Assembly: GCA_951406725.2 (NCBI GenBank) | Contig: OX597826.1 | Location: 60,016,001 to 60,080,000 of the forward strand | Source of the DNA: Octopus vulgaris | Lineage: Eukaryota | DNA: 64,000 bases | Reading direction: 5' to 3' | The notes under the pieces: generated by a model | What the model was told of the DNA's origin: nothing | The model's database searches: none | Seen by the model: only the letters and a program-made list of their open reading frames with translations | Translations under genes and position numbers: made by a program | Shown: one piece after another, positions 39,270 to 51,145 of the stretch | Numbering within the stretch: the stretch's first letter is position 1 | Layout: each line of letters begins with the position of its first letter

Positions 39270-42205
39270 TGCTTTGTGGTGGAGATGATGGTGTTGGCGG
39301 CGGTGGCTGTGTTAGAGGTGGCGTATCGACTGTGGTAGTGAGGTGATGGTACCGTGATTGTAGTTAAAGAGATAATAGTGTGACGAAATGGTAGCAATGC
39401 TGTGAGCGACGTTGATGAGGTGCTCAGAGTAGTGGAGGTTGGTGGTGATGGTAACCGTCATCGTCATCACCATCGTGTACCGAGAATGGTGTTATTAGAA
39501 GAGCGGTGGCGATGGTGGTGGTGGTTGTGGCGGTGCTGTTGCTGATGGTAGTGGTGGTAGTCGTCGTCGTCGTCGTTGTCGATGTCGTCATCGTCATTTA
39601 CTGGCCTAGATGCTACTACAAGAATAGTGACGATGGTGGTGGTGATGTTGTTGGTGTTCGTGTAGTGGGGTATGAGTATGTTGTGATGATGGTGATGCTG
39701 GTTGTGGGGGCGGTGGAGCCGTAACTGGTGGCGGTGGTGTTGGTGTTGGTGGTGGTGGTGTTGGTGGTAGTGGTGGTGGTGGTGATGAGGGTGCTGGTTG
39801 TGTTGGTGGTGTTGTTGGTGGTGGTGTTGGTGGTGGTGTTGGTGGTGGTGGTTGTGGTGGTGATGGTGTTGGTGGTGGTGTTGGTGGTGGTGGTGTTGGT
39901 GGTGGTGTTGGTGGTGCTGTTGGTGGTGGTGTTGGTGTTGGTGGCGGTGCTGGTGCTGGTGGTGGTGGTGGTGGTGGTGGTGGTAGTGGTGCTGAGGGTG
40001 CTGGTGGTGTTGGTGTTGGATATGTGTTATTACTAATATACATATATTCATTACTGCTCTCGGCACAAGACCCGAAATTTTGGGGGAGGGGGCCAGTCGA
40101 TTAGATCGACCCCAGTACGCGACTGGTACTTAATTTATCGACCGCGAAAGGATGAAAAGTAAAGCCGACTTCGGCGGAATTTGAACTCAGAACGTGCGAT
40201 ATTACGTATATTGCGACACGGTTGTATTTCTATTTAAGATGATGGTCGTCGCTTGGTTTGTTTAACGATGGTGGCAGCGGAGATAGTAGCGACAGTGGTG
40301 TGAGTAGTGGTAGTGGTGGTAGTGTTACAAATAATGATGATTGTGAAAGTGGTGGTAGCGGTCATAGTAGTGTTAGTGGTGGTTATTTGGTGATGGCGTT
40401 GTTTGTGAAGGTGGTGCTGACTATATTTGTGGTGATGGTATTGGTGATGGCTGAGATGGTGGTAGTGGCGATGGTGGTGGTGGTGGGGGGTGATGGTGAG
40501 AGTGGTGATGGTGGTTGTAGTGGGGATGGTGGAGAGTTGATGGTTGTGATGGTGGTAGTTGTGATGGTGGCAGTGGCGATGTTGGTAGTGGCGATGGTGA
40601 GAGTGGTGATGGTGGGAGAGGTAATGGTTGTGATGGTGGTAGTGGCGATGGTTGTGGTGGTTATGGTGGGAGAGGTAATGGTTGTGATGGTGGTGAAGGT
40701 GTTAGAGACGGTGGTGGTGGTGATGTTAGTAGTGGTGATGGTGGCTGTATTCATAGCCATAGTGGTGAAGATAATGATGATGACGATGATAATGATGACG
40801 ACGACGACGATGATGACTACGTCGACGGTAGTTTTAGCTGATGTGAAGTTAGCGGAAGCGGGTGGATGGTGAACGAGTGAAAGATGGCGGAGAAAGAGAT
40901 GTCGTTTATGTCGTTTGCGGATTTGTAACTGCTGAGAAAATTCCAACGGAATCCCTTGACATTGATCGATGGACAATAAAGTGCCGAACCCAGGGTGGCG
41001 GGAAGAGGTGTAGCCGTGTTGGCAGTAGTAACAGCAGGTGTAGATGGTAGTGTGATAGTGGGAGTGGTAGTGGTCGCTTGTGTGATGGTAGTAGTCGTGG
41101 TGTGGCTTTGATATTAATTTTGATGGCGGTGGTGGTGTTGGTGGTGGTGGTGATGGTGGTGGTGATTTTAATGGTGTTGTAGACGTAGGAGTAGTTGTTT
41201 TGGTTATCAGTATTGATTATGATGGTGATAGTGGTGGTGGTGGTGGTGGTGGTGGTGTTGGTGGGTTTCTGGGTGCGGGGGTGATATAATAAGCGTTCAC
41301 ATTTGTGGCGGCGGCGGCGGCAGTTTTGATCGTGATGTTCGAGTGGTATGGCTAGTGGTTGAGCTGATAACTGTGGGAACGGTGGTGGAGGCGGCAGCTT
41401 TGGGCATGGAGGCGGTGGTGGTGGTGGTGGTGGGAGGAATTGTGGTACGGTGGTGGTGACAGTGGAGGCATTGATTTCGCTCTTGTTGTTGTTTTTGTTG
41501 TTGTTGTTGTTGGTGGTGGTGATGGTAGTAATGGTGGTAGATGTGATCGTAGTGCTAGTAGGTTCAGCAATAGTCGTAGTGGTGATAACGATGGGTACTT
41601 TGATGATGTTGGTGCGGCAGTGACAATGACGGCGTCGGTAGCAGTGGTGGCAGTAGTGCTAAATTTATTATTATTGTTGTTGTTGCTGTTGTTGTTGTTG
41701 GTGGTGGTGGTGGTGATGGTGGTGGTGGTGGTGGTGATAATAATAGCAGTGATAATGACGGGGGATGGTGGTAGCAGTGGAAGCCTGGTTGTTGTGGTGG
41801 TGGAGGTGGTTATTGATGATGAAATTGATGATGATGATGATGATGATGAAGATGATGATGATGATGATGATGACGACGACGATGATGATGATGTTGATGA
41901 CAACGGCGACGACGATGATGATGATGACGACGACGACGACGATGATGATGATGATGATGACGATGATGATGATGATGATTGTGCTAGGAACAGTGCTAGC
42001 CATAATGATGGTGGTAGCGATTGAGATGGCGCTGGTGGTGGTTCTGGTCGATAGAGTCGGCGTGATCGAATTAGGATACGTTTACCTACCAGATTGTACT
42101 TTGGCGGTGGGATCAGTGGTAACGGCAACGTTTGTGGTTGATATTATTCTTAATGTTGTTATATTCGCAGATTTAGTGGCGGCGGCGTGGTGGTGGTGGT
42201 GAGGG
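39270..42205 (+). repeat. ~2.9-kb G-rich degenerate (GGT/GAT/GTT)n low-complexity domain
   Basis: Directly visible. It is interrupted by a 5'-truncated family A SINE (40053-40195) and short unique islands. Confidence 0.93.
40053..40195 (-). mobile_element. SINE family A, 5'-truncated
   Basis: ggcacaagacccgaaattttgggggagggggccagtcgattagatcgaccccagt..cggcggaatttgaactcagaacgt. Confidence 0.9.
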
Positions 42206-42616
42206 TATGGAATGGGCGTGGTCGGGCGTAATGTTGTTCCTCAGGATTGCGGGATGGATACTGAAAAACAACAAAAAAAAATGACGGGATAGAATTTTAT
42301 CACGCCGATGATGTTTATTTTGTTAAGGTGGATTTGTGAAGTACGACAATAAAGAGCAAGTTTATGAAGATAAATATCAGTCAGTAAACACCCCAGTCTC
42401 CACAGCCACCCGCACCATACCGAGACCTACAACGCAGCGCCTCATAGACCTTCATTTCCAATTCCGTCAAAACATACGCTGTCTGTAAAAATCCTCATTG
42501 CGAAAGGACTTCAATATGGACACAGTATATTTATAAACAAATGTACTCTGATGTGGGTGTCTGTGTGTGTGTGTGTTTGCGCGCGTGTGTGTGTGTGTGT
42601 GTGCGTGTGTGTGAGT

Positions 42617-42665
<49 letters not shown>

Positions 42666-43559
42666 TGTGTCTGTGTGTTTGAATGAGGAGACAGACTGAT
42701 CGGAGGTAATGCGTAAACAGAGAATATGTTACAAAATTTCTGTGTATGATATAAACACACACACACATCCACATTATCACACACTCCCACACACAGACAC
42801 ACACACATATATATGTACATATATGCATACACACGTAGAAACATACATACGCCTACACTTAGACATACGAGCTACACTCACACACATACATTAATGTATA
42901 TGTGTGTGCGTGTGTGTATGTATATACAGAAATAGATAGATAGATTGATAGACAGGTAAATAGATAGATAGGCAAGTAAACATATATATATATATACACA
43001 TATACATATATATATATATATATAGATAGATACATAGATACATAGATACATACATACATTCATAGATACATACATACATACATACATACATAGAAAAATA
43101 GAAAAATCAGAGAGACACACAGACAGACAGGAAGATAGACTGTGAAAGATAGAAGGACTCTTTCTCGGTTTTCTGGGAGTTCTAGTCTGACACTGAACAG
43201 GGAATATCAGGAAATCGTTGATGTTTGTGAGAAGAAGGGAGAGGCGACAGTCATTAGATTGTACTCAATCTTGGAGAAATGTGTCTTTTGTTTACTCCCA
43301 ACATTGTTTTTCTGACAGATATTACAAGAAAATTGCCAGCAGTTAGACGTAAAGAAGTGAGCAGAGGAACCCAATACAGGCAGGAGGAACAACAACAGCA
43401 ACAATAAACCTTAAACAACAAACACTGAATACGCAGCTATAACAGAAGTAGCAGCATGCTCAGCAACCACAATAACTACAACTACATGAAAATGGAAACA
43501 TATACGTTCATGCACTGACACGTACGCGCGCACATACACTATCTATCTATCTATCAATA

Positions 43560-43596
<37 letters not shown>

Positions 43597-43666
43597 GTCT
43601 GTATGTATGTCTGTCTGTCTGTCTATCTATCTATATTTCACACTGTGTTTCTCTCTCTCTCTCTCT

Positions 43667-43723
<57 letters not shown>

Positions 43724-43724
43724 T

Positions 43725-43965
43725 ATATACATATGAGAGGGATGACCACTATGTAGACAACTCTTATGCTAGAAGCGGATCCGCTATGGTCTTGCCACTA
43801 AGAAATCCACTTCTAGCATAAGGTTTGTCCACATAGTGGTCATCCCTCTCATATGTATATAAAACAATTTACTGAACCTTCAGATTTTACTATGCTAGAC
43901 CACTGGTTTTAAATTGATGCTAATCAAATTAATATCCAATTTTCCCCCTCATTTTAAATTTATAT
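43725..43965 (+). mobile_element. Short Penelope-type insertion with a 56-bp inverted arm and ~100-bp unpaired tail, flanked by (TA)n
   Basis: Arms are 43725-43780 and 43805-43860 (4 mismatches) around a 24-nt loop. The tail is homologous to 55611-55707. Confidence 0.8.
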
Positions 43966-44300
43966 ATGTGTATATATAGACATATATTTGTGTATACATA
44001 TATGTACACGTATACATATACATATATACATATAAATATACATAGGCATATATGCGTGTAGATTTAGAAAAATTATCAGTTAGTGGTTATGCAACCGTGT
44101 AAGGGATAAATGTATCCGTAGGCACTACTGGGTATTACTAAACTATGTACAGGTCTTGCTATAAGGTTAACAGCTGTTGGTAATGTAAGTGGTAAATTGC
44201 GGTTTGATATATTCCGATAAAAAAGAAATGGAGCAGCAATTATCGATTAGAAGTAGATCATTGGTATTAAATGGTCATAGTTTAATTATAGTTAAAATAA

Positions 44301-44385
44301 CACTTACAGATGTTTCGGTTTGTTATTTTATTTTTGAGGTAAATTTGCATTTATCTCGTTCATTGTAATAAACATCGTCAGAATG
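44301..44385 (-). ncRNA. Type-I hammerhead ribozyme motif with intact core
   Basis: Minus strand: catt-CTGACGA-t gtttatta..taacaaac c-GAAAC atct GT-A-agtg. Stem I is catt/agtg, stem II is gttt.tta/taa.aaac, and the cleavage triplet is GUA. Confidence 0.65.
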
Positions 44386-44465
44386 ATTCGGAGATTATCA
44401 GAGGAAGATTAACAGGCGAAAAAAGGGCAAAAAGAAAAGGAAAAGGAAAAAAGGAATAAAGGGAA

Positions 44466-44626
44466 AAAAGGAAACTAAATAATATTCGTCATACTGGTAA
44501 CTTTCTTTAGAATTGAGATTGAACAAACCTATGAACAAATTCGTTTCATCCGTTATGATACCATTTTATATCCTAATACTATGATGAAGACAGTATATAT
44601 GCCTTATACAATATTTTCTTCTTAAA
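44466..44626 (+). repeat. 161-bp direct repeat, copy 1
   Basis: 6 mismatches versus 47407-47567. Confidence 0.95.
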
Positions 44627-45119
44627 GGAAAAAATTAGAATATTTGCTAAGAAATGTGGCTAATATAAGCTAATAAATGTATGCACGTTACCCTGCTGCA
44701 ATCAAATCCCCGATGATCTGCTGGTTCACAGGTGGATGGCATAAGGAACTGACTGTATCTAGTCCCGTTTATATACGCACCAAATCAATTAGCGAGACAG
44801 AGTGCCACCTTTAGAAATATACTCGTTTGCATTTGACGGGTATCGTTACCTATACATAGACACATACGTACATACATACAAGAATTCATACATACATACA
44901 TTCATACATACAGAGAGACAGGCAGACGGATATACACATAAATAATTCATAAACTGGAGATACGTGCTCAAGTCAAACGGGCAGACCTCATGTTAATATA
45001 TATATGTGTATGCATGTATATTTATGTATACACACACAGCCGGAGAGGCAGACAGACATACGCACACTCGTTCATACATATACACACACATATAGTCATA
45101 TATATACACACATACACAT

Positions 45120-45530
45120 TCTCTTTCACTCTTTTATTTGTTTCAGTCATATGACTGCAGCTATGCTGGAGCACCGCCTGTAGTCGAACGAATCGATCCC
45201 AGAACGTATTCTTTGTAAGCCTAGTACTTATGCCATCAGACCCTTTTTGTCGAACCGCTAAGTTACAGGAACGTAAACATATCAGCATCGGTTGTCAAGC
45301 GATGTTAGGGGTGGGGAACAAACACGCACACACATACACACACACACACACAAACTCATATATATATATATATACGACAGGCTTTTTCAGTTTCCGTCTA
45401 CTAAGTCCACTCACAAGGCCTTGGTCGACCCGAGGCTGTCGTAGCAGTCACTTGCACAAGATGCCACGCAGTGGGACTGAACCCGGAACCATGTGGTTGG
45501 TAAGCAAGCTACTTACCACACAACCAATCC
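45120..45530 (-). mobile_element. SINE family B
   Basis: Near full-length reverse-complement copy. Confidence 0.92.
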
Positions 45531-45891
45531 TACGATTATCATCATCACCATTGGCCTCATATTTCTTATGTGAGAATCACGATAGTATTCTAGTTGAAGT
45601 GTGCTGTTAAAGACCACTAAGAAATATAATAATAATGATATTAATAATGATAATCATCCTCATCATCACGATCGTCGTTATCACTATGCCAATCATCATC
45701 ATTGCCATCATCACGGCGTTTGTCATTATCGTCTTAACGCTATGTTTAGTATAAAAGCTTTAAGCCAATATGTAAATAACTAGAACCTGATTGACGTGAG
45801 GAATCATGTTGAATGTTAATTTATTTTAATGTTCATTCAGGTGTAGCGAAGGAGATTTCGATAACAATAGTAAAGTGCACAACGGGAGAAA

Positions 45892-45914
45892 GTGATGAAA
45901 TGATGATGGTGATG

Positions 45915-45966
<52 letters not shown>

Positions 45967-46221
45967 GGGGTGGTGGTGGTGGTGATGATGATGATGAGGA
46001 GGAGGAGGATGATGTTGATGATGATGAAGACGATTATGACGACGACGATGATGATACTGACGATGATGACAAATATCATAATACTAATGATAATAGTAAC
46101 AATGAAGACGATGTTAATGATAGAAACAGCAACGACAAGAGCAACAACGAAAACAACAACAGCAACAAAAACAGCAGGAATAACAAAAAAAGCAACAGCC
46201 ACGACGATGATGATGATGATG

Positions 46222-46269
<48 letters not shown>

Positions 46270-46425
46270 GTAATAATAATAATAATAATAACAATAATAA
46301 TGATAATAATAATAATAATAATATTAATATTAATAATCATGATAATAATAATAATTATAATAATAATAATAATAATATTAATAATAATAATAATAATAAT
46401 TATAATAATAATAATAATAATAAAG
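45892..46425. repeat. (GAT)(GGT)(GAG)(AAC)(AAT) microsatellite field
   Basis: Directly visible. Confidence 0.95.
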
Positions 46426-46571
46426 GGTTTGTGAATAACTAAAAGGAGTTAAAGAGATACAATAATATACAGTATAAGCGAAAATATGACAGTAGTTATG
46501 AAACGTATGTAATGAGTTAAGATGTTATCCAGAAACATATTATGCAACATGTGACGGGTCATACTAAATAA

Positions 46572-46640
<69 letters not shown>

Positions 46641-47097
46641 ACAAAATTGTTAAAACATGTAGAGTTTCAGTAAAATGTGATCTACTTACGCCGAAAGGAA
46701 ACAAATATCAAAGAGAGAAAGTGTTAGAGCTTTCCCCGCGTGTAGGAGCGGCTAGATTTTGCCTAGGTTTGGTTACAACATCCTCGCAGTTGCCACTTCT
46801 CATACAGTGTCCTTGTGCGCATAAGTATATCCTTTAGCACATTCTGGATGGGTTTCTTTAGAGATATACCCACCTCCCAAGGCAAAATAAGTTACTTATA
46901 TATACATACGCACATAAACACACACACACATACACACACACAAACACACATATACACACGCACACACATGCACACAGACTTGTGCGCACACTATGTATAT
47001 TTATATACACACACACACACACATACTGTGACCGTGTGTGTACCGTTGGCGATTTTTTTTCTCCGTCTTCCCTTTTCTAGATCTTTCCTTTTCCTAT

Positions 47098-47132
47098 GTT
47101 TCTGACGAAGAGCTCCGCTCGAAACGTTAAAC
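47098..47132 (+). ncRNA. Minimal type-I hammerhead ribozyme (Penelope-type) within a ~47025-47230 terminal piece
   Basis: gttt-CTGACGA-a-GAGC tcc GCTC-GAAACGTT-aaac. Stems I and II are perfect, and palindromic ACGT replaces helix III. Confidence 0.75.
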
Positions 47133-47406
47133 CCTTCCCTTCCTTCCTGAGCGTCCAATGATACTATATTTATTCCACGTCCTCACGTTGTTGTGTTTTC
47201 TCTTTGTGTTTTCATGTTTGGATTAACTTTATATATATATATACATACACACAGGCACATGCAAATGGCTTCCACATAATTTCAGCTTTCTACGACACGT
47301 GAAATACGTAAACATCCAAGGATGACTGGACGTAGTTCATGAAATACTAGACACGGTAGCCAGTCACTCTCAAGTCACAATTTGCCGTCTTAAAATGTGA
47401 TTATTG

Positions 47407-47567
47407 AAAAGGAAACTAAACAATATTCGTCATACTGGTAACTTTCTATAGAATTGAGATTGAACAAACCTATGAACAAATTCGTTTCATCCGTTATGAT
47501 ACCATTTTCTATCGTAATACTATGATGAAGACAGTATATCTGTCTTATACAATATTTTCTTCTTAAA
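47407..47567 (+). repeat. 161-bp direct repeat, copy 2
   Basis: See 44466-44626. Confidence 0.95.
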
Positions 47568-48796
47568 TAAATTATTGTGTGATATGTAGAATATCCATCT
47601 ATTATAATTGCTGGGTGAGTAATAGCGTTAGGTTCTGTAGTTTAGCCTGCAAAATTACTATGTCATCTAACGCGCCATATTTATCAATTTTCGTTAAATT
47701 TAATATCGTTAATACTTAAACATTGAATCAACTGTATGCACTTGTAAATTTTGACCAATGATAAAGAAGGACATGGATTATTGTTAATTGAATGTCATTG
47801 CTCCCAATTCTACAAATATCGCTCTAAAACCATAATATCGTTAACGATATACTAACGTACAATTCGCCATGCTACTATTATCTAACGTAATATTTCATTG
47901 AAACAGTATGTTTTCAATTTGAAAAGCAGGTAATCTAGAAACCTATATCCTCTTTATGTCCATCTAAATTTTCTTCTTTGTCGAACTATCATTTTGCTTC
48001 CACTGTAAAACCCAAGCGGAATGAAGTTATCTAAATTCTTTTGTTTTAATTAGGACTGCAGTTAACATTAAACACAGCATTTAAATAGTTTTAGATAACG
48101 CTTCAATAAAAAAAATGGCGATTTCTCGCTTCGTTGCGTACTTTGCTAATTAATGTCACATCCGCTATTTTATTTTTAATTTAAAATTTATTCCCTGGAG
48201 ACAAAATGTTATGATACAAAACAAGTAAAAAATACTAATTTATTCGACCACATTGAACTACCTTCATCAATTAATTATTGCTTCTCATTTCTCTTCGGCT
48301 GGATTGCATTTGAATAAATGTTCCTGTGTTGCTTTAAATATTATGTTTCTTTTTTTCAAATATAGAATATTTGGTTATTGTTTGTGTTTCGTATTTGCTA
48401 TTTCTTCTTTTCTCTAATACTGAGTAACTGGTTTTAAGACATTGCAGAATTTATTAAGGCTATCATTTCAAAATCTGCAGCAAATGTTTAAATTCACAAA
48501 TACGGAAAATGATCAACAAACTTAAAATATTATAATCATTTTTTTTTAAACTTTAAAGCGTGTTCTGTATTTCTTCTCTCTCTTGATTTTCTTCAAATTC
48601 ATTTTAGTAAAACAGACCTCTCGGCAAGAAAATGTTTTGAACTAATAGTTTGGTAAAACTATCGAGGTTATTGATTAATTTATCGGTGAAAACAGAGAAC
48701 TAGTGCCACGCATTTGTTTCCCTGACTTGTTACAATGACAATACAACAAAACATTAATAGGTTTCGGTTTAAAATAAATATTAACATTCCTATATT

Positions 48797-49012
48797 CTTT
48801 TACTTGTTTCAGTCATATGATTGCGGACAAACTGGAGCATCACCTTTAGTCGAGCAAAACGACTCAAGACTTATTTTTTGTAAGCCTAGTACTTATTCTA
48901 TCGTACTCTTTTGCCGAAACGCTAAGTTACGGGGACGTAAACACACCAGCATCTGTTATCAAGCGATGTTTGGGGTGAGGGGACAAACACAGACACACAA
49001 ACGTATACAGAT
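48797..49012 (-). mobile_element. SINE family B 3' half, truncated where the Tc1 begins
   Basis: cttttacttgtttcagtca..taagcctagtacttattctatcg..ctaagttacggggacgtaaacacacc. Confidence 0.9.
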
Positions 49013-49016
49013 ATAT

Positions 49017-49634
49017 AAAGGGGTTGAACAAAATAATGGAAACACCTAGCATCATAACCGTTAAAAGCTTTTTATTTTAATGTTTTTGATTTATTATTTG
49101 TGTTGCTTAATATGTTTTGATAATATTGCTGTTTCTTTTCAGATAACATTAGAAAAAGGTAATTAAAATTCATTAAAATGACAGATCTATCATACTTTCA
49201 AAGAAGTCAAATCGTTGGTGCTCGTATGGCAGGCACTAGCGTAAAGAAAACAGCTGAAAATGTTTGGTGTATCAAGAAGTACTGTCTCAAAAGTAATGAC
49301 AGTCTTTGAGGAAGAGGTAAAAAAAAACCTCCTCGTCAAGGCAAAACTCCGGAAGTAAACCAAAATTTCAGATAGGGACCGTCGGACTCTTACACGAATT
49401 GTTAGAAAGAATCACAAAAGTATAGCTCCCAAAATTAATGCAGAGCTTAATGACCACCTCGAGAACCTTGTTTCCCCAAAAAATGTTCACCGGGAGCTGC
49501 ACAAAATCGGATTTCATGGGAGTTCTGCAATCAGAAAACCACTACTTTAAAAAACAAACGTTGCAAAGCGTTCAGAGTGGAGTAACATCTTATATAATTG
49601 GTCCCTAGAGTAGTGGAAGGATGTTATTTTCTCG
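49017..49634 (+). mobile_element. Tc1-family DNA transposon 5' half: TIR plus frameshifted transposase N-terminus (ATG at 49178)
   Basis: A TIR-like aaggggttgaacaaaataatggaaacacc follows TA. Peptide: MTDLSYFQRSQIVGARMAGTSVKKTAE/MFGVSRSTVSKVM..SGSKPK/SDRDRRTLTRIVRKNHK..INAELN..VHRELHKIGFHG..AIRKPLL*..W..*WKDVIFS, ending just before the first catalytic D. Confidence 0.93.
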
Positions 49635-49644
49635 TTACGAGTCA

Positions 49645-49855
49645 TTTATGTGTGTCTTTGTACCTGTGTTTCTCCTCCTACCACCGCTTGATAACAGATG
49701 TTGTTGTGTTTACATCAGTCTTGATCACAGACACCGATAGAATAAGTACTATTCTTACAGGGAATAAGTCCTGGGGCCGATTTCTTCGACTGAAAACCGC
49801 TTTAAGGTGATGCTCCAGGATCATAGTAGTCAAATGATTGAAATAAAAGAATAAA
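49645..49855 (+). mobile_element. SINE family B 3' half
   Basis: ccaccgcttgataac..accgatagaataagtact..gaataagtcctgggg..gtgatgctccag. Confidence 0.8.
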
Positions 49856-49877
49856 AAATCTATGTATATATATATAT

Positions 49878-49912
<35 letters not shown>

Positions 49913-50320
49913 CATACATATATGTGTTTGAAAATAATTCACTATTTATAAGGTACTTATAAATTATTTATTAATTGGAAATTTTATATCAAAATATTTG
50001 TGTTTGTTTTTTCAAGAATTAATAAATAATTTATAAGTCTTTTAAAATAGGGAGTTACTTTACAATCACCTACTATATGAAAACACACATACATATACAC
50101 ACGTATGTCTATATACATTCAAACACAGGGCTTCCAACCACACACAAGTGCGTATCTATGGCTGTGTTATGTATGTTTATATCCTCTTTCCGAGTGATGC
50201 ATATGACAGTACAAATCCCGAGCTAGAATAGTCCCTTACAAGAGTCGCAAACACTTCCTTGTTTCTCTCCTCTAGAAATGCAGTCTAAGAGTAATTAGTC
50301 TATTTGAAATTTGTAACCAT

Positions 50321-50739
50321 AGGCATAGGAGTGGCTGAGTGGTAAGTAGCTTGTGTACGAAACAGATAGTTCCGGGTTCAGTTCCACTATGTGACACCTT
50401 GGGCAAGTGTCTTCTACTATAGCCTCGGGCCAACCAAAGCCTTGTGAGTGCATTTGGTAGACAGAAACTGAAAGAAGCCCGACGTATATATGTATATATA
50501 TATTTATATATATATGTATATGTGTGTGTGTGTGTGTGTTTGTGTGTGTGTGTCTGTGTTTGTGTGTCTGTGTTTGTCCCCCAACATAGATTGACAACCG
50601 ATGCTGGTGTGTTTACGTAACTTAGCGGTTTAGCAAAAGAGACCGATAGAATAAGTACTAGGGATCGATTTGTTCGACTAAAGGCGATGCTCCAGCATGG
50701 CCGCAGTCAAATGACGGAAACATGTAAAAGAGTAAAAGA
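50321..50739 (+). mobile_element. SINE family B, full length with 8-bp TSD gtaaccat
   Basis: TSD at 50313-50320 and 50740-50747. Confidence 0.93.
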
Positions 50740-50949
50740 GTAACCATCGATATCATCATTTATCTTATTGCTAGTACGAAGTTTTATTCATTTTTAAGTT
50801 TCGTAATCACTTTTCTAAACATTCATTTTACTTAACCGAAAGCAATAACAATGAAAAGGGGATCGGTATAAATGTGAAACGATTTATCAGTAAGAAATAT
50901 CAGAGAGAGGCGCAGACGATCAAAATTAATATTACGTTGTTGATAATGC

Positions 50950-51145
50950 TGGGAGCTTGCAGAATCGTTAACATGCCGGGCAAAATACTTAATAGTCCTT
51001 CACGTTTTGGGTTCAAATTCTACCGTGATCGACTTTTCCTTTCATCCTTTCGGTGTCGATTAAGATATGTACCAGATGAAGACTGAAGTCAACCTAAACG
51101 ACTATACCCCTCTCTAACAATTGCTGGCCGTATGCCAAAATTTTC
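50950..51145 (+). mobile_element. SINE family A, degenerate
   Basis: gagcttgcagaatcgttaacatgccgggcaaaat..gggttcaaattc..ctttcatcctttcggtgtcgat. Confidence 0.8.

Noticed and set aside
40817-41112. Minus-strand Thr-rich frame ending ..YCPSINVKGFRWN.., reminiscent of an adhesion-GPCR hormone-binding domain start
   Set aside because: The following Cys/Trp pattern is absent, the frame is closed by stops on both sides, and there are no convincing splice sites.
39467-42128. Pro-rich, His/Gln-rich, Thr-rich and poly-Asp ORFs (extensin-, mucin- or acidic-protein-like)
   Set aside because: They derive from (GGT)n/(GAT)n, the frames are interrupted by stops and a SINE, and there is no coherent gene structure.
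44509-44625. Short open frame RIEIEQTYEQIRFIRYDT.. in both copies of the 161-bp repeat (duplicated exon?)
   Set aside because: All four differences within the frame are non-synonymous, so there is no sign of coding constraint.
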